From: Lama guanicoe
Lineage: Eukaryota
DNA: 64,000 bases
Assembly: GCA_013239625.1 (NCBI GenBank)
Contig: MU053652.1
Coordinates: 682,001-746,000, forward strand
Direction of reading: 5' to 3'
Part shown: one piece after another, positions 1 through 13,110 of the stretch
How the letters are laid out: each line of letters starts with the position of its first letter
Position numbering within the stretch: the stretch's first letter is position 1
Program-made: the position numbers and the translations under genes
Notes under the pieces: generated by a model
Seen by the model: the letters and a program-made list of their open reading frames with translations, nothing else
The model's database searches: none
What the model was told of the DNA's origin: nothing

Positions 1-210
1 AGCATCCTTATAAGAAAAGGAAGAGCCATCAGAACTTCTCTTCACAAGGTGAAGACACAGCAAAAAGAGAAGCCAAATCTCTAAGCCAGGAAGAGGGAAC
101 TCACCAGAACCCAACTAAGCTGTCACCCTCACCTTGGACTTTCAGTCTCCAGACCTGTGAGAAAGCCACTCAGTGGACGGTATTTTGTTATGGAGGTCCC
201 AGCTAAGACA
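1..210 (+). mobile_element. MaLR LTR, MLT1A-like (3' part, cut by window edge)
   Basis: Typical MLT1A motifs ccttataaga...gtgaagacacagca...aagccaggaagag...ctcaccagaaccc...cttggactttcagtctccaga...ctgtgagaaa...ggtattttgttatgg; ends in LTR terminus ...gctaagaca at 210. Confidence 0.8.
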
Positions 211-730
211 CCCCCTTCATACTCTGTCTCTATATTCAGATTAATTGGGCCTGAGAGTCTGCAGGTGCAAACCAGTCTGAGAAGCAAATTACCCACACAA
301 CTCTGCACCCACCCAGAGAAGGCAAGTCCCAGCCCTCCACACTAGGGGTGTTCATGGAAGCTTCCCAGCTCTGCAGGCCTCCTGCCCCTGGGAGACAAGA
401 AGGCTTTTCCTCCCCCGAGAAGGAGTCAGCAAGGACTGGAAATTTCTGTGGTTCTTACCCCTATTTTGAATTTGAAAAATGTAGCTTCTGTCGACAAAGA
501 AAGAAAAATAATATAGGCAGCTCTTTTGGCAGATTTTCCTTGTGTCCACATATTTCGGTAGCCGTCTTTCTTCCTACCTTGTGTCTCTTTTTAACTTCCT
601 ACAGTAAAGAAGCAGTGATTACTGGAGACCCTATTAAACAACCTATGATTTCACCCTAACTTCAATATATTCCCCACCTTCATCCTCTCTGCAGCTCATA
701 CTGGGTGGACACTCTGGCAAGCTCCAACTC

Positions 731-1072
731 GGAGCTGTCCAGCATGCTAGCCACAAGCCACACCTGGTTATTAAGCACTTCAAACGTGGCCAGTCCAATC
801 TGAGGTGTGCTTTAAGTACAAAGTACACAATTCTAAGATTTAGTATGAAAAGAAGAATGTAAAATACCCTATTAGTAATGTTTCCGTGGTTAAAGGTTGA
901 AATATTTTGGAGGTATTGGGTGAAATAACAGATAATACTAAAACTTCTGTTTCTTTATACTTTTATTACTAAAACTTATCTCTGTTTCTTTATACTTCTA
1001 AAAATATGGTACATATTCTATTTCTACTGGAAATAAATTACAGTTGTGGCTCATATTTCTTCTGGAGAGTAC
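731..1072 (-). mobile_element. hAT-Charlie non-autonomous DNA element, MER33-like
   Basis: Reverse complement follows the recalled MER33 consensus (gctgtcca...tagccac..gccaca...aagcacttcaaacgtggccagtccaa...tttagtatgaaaagaagaatgtaaaata...gtggctcatatttct). Contains an internal imperfect duplication at ~936-997. Confidence 0.75.
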
Positions 1073-2079
1073 TGATCCATACGTTCATTAGTCAACCAAA
1101 GCCACGTCTAAATTTAGGAGTTTGCGTATTAATGTAAATATATATACAAATATACTTGTGTCTGTATCACCTTGGTAGCATGCTTCTGTAACTAATAAAC
1201 CAAGTTTGTGAATTCCTATAAAGAAGAAGGAAGGCACCATGCTGGAAACTGTTTCACTGGATGTTTTCATCATAGTAATTTCATTATATTAAGGGTAATG
1301 GAACTAGTCAAATTAAAGACTATACACTCATGTATATTTTTTCACATACACAGACCTGCATACATACATGCACACAGTGGTCATAAAAGTGGCATCAATT
1401 CAAAATAGTTGCTAGGAAAACCCATTCACACCCCAACAGAAAGGACAGGTGAATACTATGTTTTTATTTGAAATTAAATTTGATCACTTCTAAAGTTATA
1501 CATGCACTGGAACTTCTAGCTAAATGCTGCCTAGGTGAAAGTATAATTTAATACACAAATAAAAATCTCACACAATTGGCACAGCGAAGCCTCAGAGGAA
1601 ATAGACTCTTTAACGGTGCCTGAAAATGATTTGATTATTAGCTTTGGATCCTGTTGATCTTGTTTAATGGTGTTAATATTCTCCTTCATTAAAATCTTTA
1701 CGGTAATAGTCTGCTTCAACTCAGCTCCAATTCGAATTATCTCAGATTGTGAATTATGCAATTCTATTACACTCTGCACACATCTTTTTGAGGATGTGTA
1801 ACAGTTATTCAGGTAATGGAAAATTTCTAAGTCTAGGACTACATTTTAATTTTGATTACTCAGGGAGAAATTCAACTTGGAAAAATAAGACTTTCTAGGT
1901 ATTTGTAACTCTTTGGTGTAACACCACTTGCAAATTCAAAATACTATTGATTTTGCATTTTGATTCTCAAATCTACTGCTTGCCCAGTCTTTCCTGGTTT
2001 TTTACCAGGTAAGAATATGCAATAAGATAACTGTTATTTTTAATTAACATATGAAAATTTAAACATCCAAGTAAGAGTT

Positions 2080-2180
2080 AGTCTTTCCAAAGTACTTGCC
2101 AATGGATATTAGATATTTATCTCAGAGCTGCTGCCACTGTTAAAAATATTCCAGAGTTCTATTTTAGGAACTCCCTTGAA
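2080..2180. mobile_element. possible ancient mariner-like (MARNA-like) fragment
   Basis: ttccaaagtac...gctgctgccactgttaaaaatatt...ggaactccctt loosely resembles the recalled consensus; heavily diverged. Confidence 0.3.
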
Positions 2181-2298
2181 AAAAATTAAAAGGTAACTTT
2201 TCTTTGTCTGCTGCACTTTTTCAACAATCTAAAATCATTCAAACCTCAGCTTGATGAATGAAGCAGTAAACAAATTAGGTACTATCATTTGGTGTAAA

Positions 2299-2382
2299 AT
2301 ATATATATATATATATGTAAACATATATATACATGCATAAAATATATGTAAGTATATACAAAGTATACGTTAAAATATATAA
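2299..2382. repeat. degenerate (TA)n / AT-rich simple repeat
   Basis: atatatatatatatatatgtaaacatatatatacatg...tatatac is directly visible. Confidence 0.85.
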
Positions 2383-3443
2383 AGCAATTGTACTTAATTT
2401 TGGCATCCTTAAATGTGCTCTGAGCTAATTTCAAAGGAAGATTTTTTTTTAATGCTTGGAACAATGGCACATGTTTATATTTTTAAAAAACCATCCTAAA
2501 ATAAGTATTTTTTTAGGAAAAATTCAGTTAAGATTATCAAACCTGGAATATTTACTTAAAAATCAGTCTATGATCATGTTTCTAACATAGTGACTCAAAA
2601 ATCAATTGCAAAGACCAGTTTACCCTACTTCCTTTTACACTCCTAGCTCAGAACCATAGAATTAGTCATATTAGGTATGATCTTCTATTTCCTCTTAAGT
2701 AAATAGAGATGGAGTTGACCAAGGTCACAAAGCTAGAAAATGGTAGAGTCTGGTGTCCTGAGCACACTCCTTCCACACTAATTCTCATCTAGAGCTCTCC
2801 CTTCCCTTTGAAATTCAGACAGACCCAATATTCTCATTCTGAAATTCGTAATATTTCTTCTGTGTGGATATTTCATTCCAGACCACATTTAACCAAATTA
2901 AGCTACTTCTTCCCTTGGGGAAACTATAAAAACTCAATTGTCCTTTCTACCATTATGGATTCCACATAGTGATAGCGTTAATACTCCCACGCACTGATTA
3001 TCCTGGACACAAATGGGTTCTTTCTCTTTACAACTAGAGCTGTGGATTCTCTCCCCAATTCTAGGGTCTGTATTAGCTTTCTGAGGTCTCCTCAAATGAC
3101 AATATAACTACTTCTAACTGCCCTCTAGTAATTAAACTTTAATTCATATTAAGCTTAGGATTTGAACTTGATCAAGTTGAATTTTCTCACAACAGATACT
3201 ATTAAGTTAGTATTTAATATCATAGAAGGGTTCTTCCTTTCCCTTTTATCAACTAACAAAGTTCAACAGAGAGTAGTCCCTGCAATGTTCTCTGGACCAC
3301 AGTGATACCTAAGCCTCCACATAAAAAACAATTACCGAGCCAACCTCTTTCAGACAATAAAACAAATTCAGTAAAATAAAATAAACAAATGTAGACTATT
3401 ATTACTGTTATAATACGATCTGATACATGCTTCTTGGCCAGGA

Positions 3444-3480
3444 CAAAACAATCACTATAGGCAAAACAATCACTATAGGC
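3444..3480. repeat. perfect 18-bp tandem duplication
   Basis: caaaacaatcactatagg x2 (3444-3461, 3462-3479). Confidence 0.95.
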
Positions 3481-3784
3481 TCAAAATCATGAATCCAAAG
3501 GTTGGTATCTGACCATGTATCTCCCCAGATAGGCCCTCTACTGATGAATAAATGATATCCTGCAATTCTGGAACTTGTCAAAACTCACAGAGTACATCAG
3601 AGACAAATCCAGGAAGAGAGTCCACAACCAGTATCTTCCAATTTCTTTTCTTCTCATACAAAGTCAAGATGACTCTGACATAAAGAACTTGAATGAACAT
3701 CACACAGAATTCATTTAGTGCAACTTCTCTAAATTGCACTTTTCAAAAAAACAGTCTCTTCAGAGAAGAGTAATTTTAAAAGAG

Positions 3785-4025
3785 GTGGTTCTGCTAACAT
3801 ATAACTTTGGAAAACACTGCATGCTATAGCAATCTCTTTGGCAATATGCACTTTAGCACGTTATAGTTCAGAAGAGTACTAGAGTTAAAAAAAAAAAAAC
3901 TAATGAATTTTATTTAACCAAGGGGTTTTTTCTCCCGAAGTTCCACATTGTCCCTTACTGGCCATGACTGCAGTTACACGTCCTAGGACACGCACATCCT
4001 CTGGAGCATAGTTTGGCAAATGCCG
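3785..4025. mobile_element. old hAT-Charlie MITE, MER103-like
   Basis: ctttggaaaacactgcatgcta...ttttatttaacca...gcatagtttggcaaatgc; a similar segment occurs at ~32375-32530. Confidence 0.4.
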
Positions 4026-4244
4026 GTCTTGAAGAGTATATACAGGGTTGAAAGAGAAATGAACATGGCGCCAGATGAAACTTAAGGAACATTCTATATG
4101 ACTTTAGCACACTATTTAGCCACCCTAGACCTCAGTTTTCCTAACAAGAAGAATCATAATGAATCTCAGAACGATACAATGCAAAATTAATTGCTCTGAT
4201 GCATTTTCCATTGCAAAGGCAAATCACAAACTTTATTCCTTAAA

Positions 4245-4500
4245 CCAAAAGCAAACATTTAGTGAATGCGTAATGTTTCCGGCTCTGCAGGAGCTCCTCG
4301 AGATGGTCCTTACATGAAGGAGCTCTTAAGGATTGACTTAAGTGTGAAAAAAACACACACTTAAGTAAATCATTGCAGGGAGCTACTAGAGGAACAAATA
4401 CTGATTCAGCCTAGAAAGGGTCAGGCAGAGAAAGCTCTACTGAGGAGTGGACCTGAGGGATGAATATCAATTTGTCCAAAGGGCTAAAGGCCAAACAAAG
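4245..4500 (-). mobile_element. L2 LINE fragment
   Basis: caaacatttagtgaatgc (reverse complement of the L2 3' tail), then gggtcaggcagagaaagct...gaggagtggacctgagggatgaata. Confidence 0.5.
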
Positions 4501-5351
4501 AGGAGTTGAAGAATATGAATCTTTGAACAGATTACATGTAAACATCTTCCTCGGCAAACACATTTCACACTAGCCTCCTCATTGTGTGTTCTAATTTCAC
4601 CCTTGCAAATATTTTTATCATATCTGTAAGTATGGCTCTTAAAATGGTGAATGTTGATACTAAATAGTTGCTTTAAAAAGCAACTTCAGGTTAGTGCACA
4701 GGTTTATAAGTAACACATGCCTGGTGTATAACTGCTGAAGCACATGTCTACTTTTACTGACTAATCTATTAATAATGGTCTGATTCTTAATTTCCATATT
4801 ATAGACGCATAACATACACAAATATATTAACCATTAACCTCTAAACTTTAATATTCTTTGCAAAGTCTCAACAAAGAGCTTCAACAACCATCAAGAGAGA
4901 AAAATAATGGCCAATACACATAATATAAGAAAAAACAAGACAGATATTAGATCCTGGTATAGAGTAGTATGTCTACTGAATGCTGGTAGCTCTATTCTTA
5001 AGCTTAAGATATCTACATCTATATAGGTATAGATACATAGATATATAGATATTCTTTAGTGCTAAAAACAAAGTTGTACAATATCTCTATACATCTTAAG
5101 CCTCACCTAAAAGTGAAGCCACTCCTTAAAACTACAAAGATTTTTAAAAATAGCCTAAGTCTTTTTTCCATGGAGGGGCACTGCTACACAGAGCAAGAGG
5201 AAAAATAAAATAAAACCAGAGGTCACAAATATAAAGTGAACTTAATCTTTTTTCATAGAGCATTTGAGCTTTTTTATGAAGCACTGAACTTCTTTGCATT
5301 TTTTCTTCGTTCTTAAAACAGAATACATAGGCAGTTAGCACAACAGATTTT

Positions 5352-5451
5352 CACTTATTCATTTATTTATTTTTTGAATCAAGGTACTGGGGATTAGCCC
5401 AGGACCTTGTGCAGGCTAAGCATGTGCTCCACCACTGAGCTATCTCCTCCC
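5352..5451 (-). mobile_element. tRNA-derived SINE, camelid vic-1-like
   Basis: Reverse complement reads gggaggagatagctcagtggtggagcacatgcttagcctgcacaaggtcctgggctaatccccagtacct plus an A-rich tail, with Pol III A/B-box-like motifs. TSD agcacaacagatttt (5337-5351) / agcacaacaaatttt (5455-5469). Confidence 0.88.
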
Positions 5452-5519
5452 TTCAGCACAACAAATTTTTTCAACAACGAATTTCAGTTTTATGGTACAG
5501 CTTGTTATATTGAGGTAAA

Positions 5520-5700
5520 AAGGGGGGCTCCTGAGTGGCTCAGCCCTGAGTTATGAACCATTCTTTACCGTTACCTGGATGTGTCACCTTGTTTAAGTTT
5601 TTACAACCTTTACTGATCAATGGGGGAAGGAGAATAATAATAATTACTTCGCAGAATTACTGTAAGAGTTAAATGAGATAATCTATGTTAAAGTGCCTTC
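5520..5700 (+). mobile_element. MIR SINE
   Basis: ataataataattacttcgcagaattactgtaagagttaaatgagataatctatgttaaagtgc matches the MIR core. Confidence 0.7.
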
Positions 5701-5731
5701 CTATCCCTTAAGCTTTAAAATAATCCACTTC

Positions 5732-5998
5732 TCAGGGACATAGAAAACAAATTATGGTTACCAAAGGGGAGAGGGTGGGGGAAGGATAAATTAGGGGTTG
5801 GGGACACACATTACTATATATAAAATAAATAAACAACAAGGACCTATTGTATAGCACAGGGAACTATACTCAATTTCTTATAATAACATAATGGAAAAGA
5901 ATCTAAAAAGAAAAAACATACATGTATATGTGTAACAGAATCACATTGTTGTATACCTGAAACTAACATTGCAATCAACTACATTTCAATAAACTAAA
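5732..5998 (+). mobile_element. 5'-truncated L1 3' end (artiodactyl type) with TSD
   Basis: catagaaaacaaattatggttaccaaaggggag...aacaaggacctattgtatagcacagggaactatactcaa...tcaactacatttcaataaa plus an A tail. TSD aaaataatccacttc (5717-5731) / aaaataagccacttc (5999-6013). Confidence 0.9.
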
Positions 5999-6124
5999 AA
6001 AATAAGCCACTTCCCCTCCACACTTCATTCCCAGTTTGTTTCCATGAATGAGAACAAAGAAAAGGAACCAAAACAAAGATAATGACAAAACATAAGGAAG
6101 ACTAACTAGTCTAGAAAAAGGACC

Positions 6125-6312
6125 ATCTTTTAATCTCTCAACCCTGAGGGTACATTAGAATTACCCTGTGAGCTTTCCAACAATAACTTCCCAGGTCCCG
6201 GGCCTTAATTTATAGTGTCAGGATCACCAGGAATGGAGCCCAAGAATGTGCACTGTTTCCTCAGTAATTCTGATGCCGCCAACTCCAGACATGTGCTTAA
6301 AACAAATTTCCC
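6125..6312. mobile_element. MER5-like hAT-Charlie MITE
   Basis: tctcaaccct..gtacattagaattaccctgtgagcttt...ggagcccaagaatgtgca...cagtaattctgatgc. Confidence 0.55.
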
Positions 6313-9300
6313 ACGGCAGGTAACAGTCCTAACACCAAGAAGGGGCTCAGTAACTGTTTATTAAATAAACAGACTGGATGTGATTGATTGAGCCATTTGT
6401 GATAGCATTTAAAAAGAATTTCTGAAAACTACACTAATAATGTTCTAGGTATAGGATGCTGACAAATAAGTTTTTGCCTTCAGAGTTTAATAAGGGAGGC
6501 TGATATGCAAACAGATAAAAGAAAACTGTGATGGATGCAACAAGAGAAAAACAGCAAAAAAGGAGAGTGGGTTTAACATGCTGCTCTAAAGTCACTTATT
6601 TCAAGAAATCAGTAATTATTCAACGTCAACAACAGAAAACCTGAAAGATTATACAGCAGAGACCAAAATTTAAAGGGGAATATCCATTAGTTTTACATTT
6701 ATGTCATGCTTTAAATGCTCCCTGATCAATACTACATTTTGTTCTCTAACACCTGAGAAACGGGACAAATGTGTAGAATACTTGACCCATATTTATGTGT
6801 TAGTCTTCATATAAGACAATATTATTTCAAGCGATCCCTAATACAGCCACACTTCAGTATAATACATGAATCTGGACAGCTCTTTGGCTTTTACTGGAAT
6901 AGGATTTGATGCATACAACACAATTGTTCATATAAGCAGAAGTCAGATACAACAGAAACACATTGTAGAGTCACACGTCAAACTTAAAATGCTGAGACAA
7001 CTTAAGGAAAATCAGTGATAATGAGAACTAAAAAAACTGCTGTCACTTAATGGTGTAACAATTAACAATACAGACTTACTTAAGCTGCTAGTGGCTTGAG
7101 TTTGTCCCAGCTATCAAAGCTGACCGGTTATTTGGGAGGAGGCTCAACTCGAGAGTAACATGGCCCCTGTCTTCAAGTAGCTGATAAATATAGTGGGGAG
7201 AGACAGATAACCAACAAGTGTTCCTGGGGAGGTGATACTGAAGTTGAGAACTGAAGGTCCTGAGGTAGGGAAGGGCTTGGCATGTGTGAGAGACTGAAAG
7301 GAGGCCAGTGTGGTTAGAGCACAGCCATGTTATACCCCTTCTACCATGTGACACAAGGATCCACATGAGTGATGTATCTGCGCATCTCTGCACCCACCAC
7401 AGAGTGCTCAGGGACACACTCAAGGTCCACCTGTGACCAGAAGACCAACACCAGGCCTGGTCCTATCACAACTTTTGAGCCACAATTTCCTTTACTTTCC
7501 TATTTCTCATACAGTATTAAGTTTAGCTTACTTACTTGTATCTTTATAAGCCAATTTAAATCCTTTGTGTAAAAGGACAGAATGTAAACAAATACATCTG
7601 TTTGGTAAGATGAAGCATTTCACTCACTGGAATTCCTCCCAGAAAAGGCTGACAGCAGACAAGGCCGTGTGTCCAAGGAAGCAGGGTCTGCATCAGCAGT
7701 GAGAGGACGAAGAGGAGGAGGAGGAAGCAGCATGGTGAGATGGGGCCGATGGACCCACGGTTAGCAGCTGTTGTGACTCTTAACTTTGGGGTTTGGGAAA
7801 GCTATCTGAAGAAGGTCTTTACAAAGTTTTGCTGCAAGATGAACTTTTTAAAAAAAGTGATTCTTCTCCTCTTCAAGAAAATTGGTAGTAAAGGTCCTGA
7901 TTAATTCAAAGCTCTCATGGTTAAACTGGTATGTTAAGACTGGGCCATAAGACTGCTCAGTTTCCGTGTTTCCTACGTGCTAGAGTGGGGAGATGTAAGA
8001 GGAACCAGTTGAACGCTAAAGAAGAAAGCTTAACCTGGTCAGGGAAGTATTTCGGCCTGGTCACAATCACTCTACTCTAAGAATTATTTACCAAGAGGTT
8101 GCAGGTGTATTGGCTAATGTTACTCAGAGACTGAAACACAGTTTCAAGACTGGATTTCTTTTCCAAACTATGACTTACAGCAATAAATCTGGAGATGAGA
8201 AGACCTGAGCTGCATATGGAAGAAACTACTTAGATAAATAGTAATATAACAAAATATATGTAAGGAAAGAGGGCACAATTTCATTGTGCACACAGAATAC
8301 TGCAAATGCTTGACTGGTAGAGAGATACCACTGGCATCTTTTGGTTTCTCAAGTATTCAGAGTGTAATAAAAATGTCGAAACTTTCACACAGGAACCAAT
8401 GAAGCATCTCCTGACAAAGAGAAATGGGCCTGGACCACAGGTCTACTGCTTTCTGAAATGTTTAAAATGACAGATAAGCTAAATTACATTTAAAGGTTTT
8501 ATTTTTCTAAGGCAGACAAACTACGTTTTTCCTGATACCAAAAGATCATTTACTTGTTTTAAAAAATATATTCAGACCATGTTCCTGTAGTTCCAGAGTT
8601 CCCATACCATTTATAACAGAGAATACTAATGGCTAATAAAACTGGGCACCGTTTCTTTTCTCATCAGTCCCACAGGAGCAGTAATCACCACTACACTGCC
8701 ATTCTGAATGTCAAGTAAAATAACTAATCCACTGGGAATCAAAGTAAAAAGCTGCAAAATATTGTTTTATTGCTGCCATATTTTCAATACATATTTTTAT
8801 TTTGTGGAAGAATTCTATTTAATTAAACATACGCATTGATCAAAGGAAAAATGCGTGTACATACATACATAATATGATGCTTGTTTTAGACAATGTGTAC
8901 TTATACGTAGAGTTTCATTTTCAGCTGGCTTTGAAAACAGGCCAGCTTCTTCAGAGTTAATCATGCTATAAAATGTACTACCTTCTTCCTGGTTTTGGTG
9001 AAGAGACCTTTAAAATTACATCATGACCTCAGGACATTTCTATTTGCATTACAGGGTGTCTAAATCATGATTCCAAATCTGAGTTCAATGGCGTGTAAAG
9101 TGATGCTAAATAGTTCTCCTCTAGACCAACTTTTTTAACAGTGCTTTAAGGCAAATATAGACATCCTTTATGCCTACTTTTAAAAATTTTACAAATGTCT
9201 GTACACACAGTTTGCTCGATTCATACATTTCTATTTTAAGATTTAATTCAAATATTTATGTTAAATAAATACCCTTATCCAACAGGCTTTTTTTTCTTTA

Positions 9301-10984
9301 AGTCACATTTCATGGCAACTGATTAATAACTAGTTGAGCTAAAACACTGAACAACTGCCTTTAAGGCCAGACTGAAGAATTTAACTAGAGAAAGTTCAGT
9401 ACTTGTATTAATAGTCAGGTCCTGAGGTGTGGGGAAAGAAGGTGCTCAGAAGCAACAGACAGGGAGGCAAATGCCATGATGGAAATTTACAACTCAAAAT
9501 ATACGGAACATAAGGACGTGGAAGAAATCCAATTGTTACACTTGGTACCATTCCACAGCAAAACTATTCTTTGCCTATAGATTTAATTAAAAATGTAGGA
9601 AGGAGCCCAGTCAAATCTGTTTGTTCTAGCTGATTAGGTGGAAATCCCACTCTGCTGGCTGTACAGGGCTCCGTGCATTAATAACTAGGTCATGCAACTG
9701 CCACTATCATTGAGTGCATCTGCTCCACAGATAGTACCTGTTGATGCGGTCAGCCTACAGACCTTGTTCTACGGCGTGATTCCGTCCTACCAAGCTGGAG
9801 CTCATCTGACCAAGGGTAAGCATCTTATCCAATGGCAGCTAATTCAAGGGCTGGCTAGAAGCCAAGATCATATTCTTACCCTCAGTAAGCTGAAACTGAA
9901 ATGAGATAGCAACTAAAGGATTATGATGTAGAAGAATACTGGAAATGCCATGACATGTTAAGTTGAACTTTTAAATGAACCCAAGTTGTGGGGAAATAAA
10001 ACTATAATGAGGGAAAAGTGAGCATGAATGTTACCTGGAACATTCCTGAATGTTTACTGGAAGACACTATTTGTGGACCAGCTATCATTCAAATTCTACT
10101 GTCTCTTTTCTCTTTAAAATGTTTACTATTATTGCTGCTCCCTCTGTGTTTTTTAATAACTCCCAGTACATCACATATATGCCCTAATACTTGCAATAAT
10201 CTGAATGAGTCTCTATTCTTTGCAAAGAAAGGATCCAACCAAAAGATTGAGCAAAAGTTTTGCCAATGAATTTTAAAACCAAGTTAAATATCTAAGTAAG
10301 CTGTCTTCTCTGTAACTTACTGTTATCCACCTGACCAGATTACCACTGGCGAGAAGAATAAAGATGGTAGTAATGGCCTCACAACCAGCATTCTTAGCAA
10401 TTTTATAATCAGTAACTTCTTCACTTCACATGTGTCTCTCCCGTCTCACACACATCTCCACTTTCTCTCATTCATACTCACTTACAAGACTTCGTTTACT
10501 GTTGACAAATGACAGTGACTGCAGGTGTTTGGGAAATTAAACAGTCATCTTCAATAAACTGTAGACTCTGTTACTACAGACATTCAGAAGATCAGATTTG
10601 AAGAATACAGAGATTTTTCAATGGAATCACTAATGATGTAAAAGCTCAAATGCCATCTTGCTCATCATCCACCAACATATCCCATTTCTAACAATTCTGA
10701 GACTTTAGCCATAATGTTCCGTATCACCTACTTCACCTCCTCCCCTCCCCAACTCCATCCACCCACACTGCCAAGGCTCAAAATCTCCCAATCAAGTTGA
10801 ATTTTATGCCACATCTGCTTTGATCTTTTTCCTATGTGTCAAATTATTCACTTAAAGCAAAAGGTAAACAGGATTTACTTAATCTGTATCCTCCAAATCC
10901 TTTCAGATTAAGTATGTATTTCCTTCAAGGAGATGTCACACAGCTCCCTATTACTACTGTTCATTAAATCTTCATATGCCTTGT

Positions 10985-11500
10985 CAAATTTTCATTACAA
11001 AATATTCAAGCACATAAATAAGTGTAAAGAATGACTATCCATGAAGTCGCTACCCAGTTTAAGAAATAAAACATTACAGAGTGAAAGTGTTGAGTGCAGT
11101 CCGCCCTAATTACATTCCTTGTCCTTCTCCACTGCCACCCCAGAAGTAACCATTATCTCTTTAATGTTTATCATTCAAAATAAGCCTTTATATTTTATAC
11201 ATGTAGGTATTGCTAAAGAGCACATACAAAGACATATCCACATGTATCATTTTTAAACTTTATATAAATGCCATCACACAACATTCTTCACCACACATCA
11301 CATTTGGGAGACTAATTCACTTTGATATACAAAGCTACCATTCAGTTACTGTTTACTGCTGGATAGGATGGGTGGCTTTTTATTGCTGGCACATGTCAAT
11401 GCATTTATCAACCTTTCCGCCAATGAATGATGAGGATGCTTCTAGTTTTTCACTCGCTATACCAGCTAATGTAGGTTGTACTCCATTGGTGAGTAACTAG
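10985..11500 (-). mobile_element. old L1M (L1ME-like) 3' fragment
   Basis: ccagtttaagaaataaaacattac...ccagaagtaaccattatc...ttttaaactttatataaatg...catcacatttgggagactaattcac; typical antisense L1ME 3' UTR. Confidence 0.7.
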
Positions 11501-13110
11501 CTTTTCTGTCTGCTGTTAATATCTTATCTTCGACTTTGGTGTTCTACAGGTTTATTCTGCTTCATTAAGGCATGAGTTTCTTCTATCTTTCCTACTTAGA
11601 ATTCATTATACTTCCGGGATCTAAGGATGTATGTCATTTATCAATTCTGGAAATTTCTCAACTTCTATCTCCTTAGATATTGCCTTGTTCTCATTTTTTC
11701 TATTGTCCTCTTTTAAATTTCTTTCAGATGTATGTTAGAACTTCTCATCTTGTTTGTTCCATTTACCTATTGTCATGTAAGAAACAGCTCTAACACTTAG
11801 TAACCACCACCAATCTGTGGTGCAGCCACTCACCAGGCAGAGCAGAGACGGACTATTTGTTCCACGACATCCGACACCTCAGCTGTGAATACTCAAACAA
11901 CTAGAAGTGACGCAAAGAACTGGGACTGGCTTCTCCATCAGGTTTGGGATTCCTCAAAATATCGTAGCCACGGGGTAGCTGGATTTCTTTCCAGTCAGCT
12001 CACTATTCCAAAAACAATTATTCCAGCAAGGCAGAAGCTATGTAGTCTTTTATGACTTAGCCTCTGAATTTACAGAATATGATTTATGCCACACTCTTGA
12101 TTCAAGCAGTCACAAGCCTACCGAGTTTCAACAGCACAGATTCCATCTCAGGATAGGAGTAGCATCAAAAAATCTGCAGTCCTTAATAAAAGGGCCACAG
12201 CATCCTACATAGTTTAACCTTTTTTCATATTTTCTAAATCTTTTGTCTTTATTCATTACATTTTAAGTAAATTTTCAGGTTTTTTAAAATCATTTGCTAA
12301 TTCTCTCTTAAATGTGTCCAATCTAATGTTTAAGCCATGCATTAAATTCTTAATGCAAAGATTAAAATTTCACTCTTAGAAATCTATTTGGTTCTTTTTT
12401 AAGACTACTTAGTTTTTTGTTTATTTTTTTAACAGCATCTTATTCTTTTATCATGTTTTAGATGCAAATTTTACTTCTTAAATGTCTGAAAACATATCCA
12501 TTTTATATTCTACAATTAGTAATTCCATTTCTCAAGTTACTGGGAACCAATTCAACTGCTTATTATTTCTGCTTGACTCCAGCACACAGTTCCATATTAT
12601 TTGGGGTTGTAAACTTATGTTTTAGGAAATTTTATCCATGGGGAGAACTAAGCCTAAATTAAGTTTATTCCTCCAGAGAAGAACTGTTTGTTCTGCCAGG
12701 ACAAATTACCTTGTCATTTTCCTTTACTGATGAGTGGATTTTTTTTTAATTTTACCCTTTTATTGAAAGTATAACTCATCAAAAATTCTCAGCTTTATAT
12801 GGTGGTTTTAATTCTAAATCCCCTCTTGTATAGGCCCCCAAGTCCTGTTCCCAGTAGTGATGCAGCTGGTAAAACTCAAGCCTTTTGGTTAGTGAGACTG
12901 ACAAATGCCCTCAAGGCAGCTGCAGTATCAGTATCTGCTTGAGGCTCTGGTTTTTAGTTTTCTCTTTATTTTTATCCCCAAGGGACCTCTTACTCTGTAA
13001 CAAGGTCAGCACTACATTTAAAAGAAAGTTTATTACATTATATCCCAGATCTTCTAACTGCTCTGTACTGGAAAAATTTCCAGACTTTTTAGCTTTCAAC
13101 CGTGCCAGAA
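11500..13110 (-). mobile_element. HAL1/old L1-like element, interrupted by an MLT1 LTR
   Basis: tcaattctggaaatttctca...tcagatgtatgttagaacttctcatc resumes after 12200 with ttttcatattttctaaatc...ctaattctctctt...tccaatctaatgtttaagcca...ttcctccagagaaga...ttctgccagg. Confidence 0.6.
11751..12198 (-). mobile_element. MaLR solo LTR, MLT1H-like
   Basis: Reverse complement starts TGTGG and contains cttgtgactgcttga...agagtgtggca...gaggctaagtcataaaagact..atagcttctgcctt; ends ...aataggtaaatggaacaaACA. Confidence 0.7.

Noticed and set aside
1531..1779. 82-aa minus-strand ORF as a transposase or exon remnant
   Set aside because: No recognisable motif or bounding splice pair; more likely non-coding unique sequence.
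4336..4366. 11-bp inverted repeat acttaagtgtg / cacacttaagt
   Set aside because: Short, lies within an L2 relic, and is too small for a pre-miRNA; no functional context.
5107..5183. Minus-strand exon-like unit (ctgtgtag ... TAG|gtgagg)
   Set aside because: 77 nt, not frame-preserving, T-rich intron-like composition, and the peptide is unrecognisable.
8982..9007. 26-nt minus-strand microexon candidate
   Set aside because: Weak pyrimidine tract, weak donor (gtagta) and not a multiple of 3.
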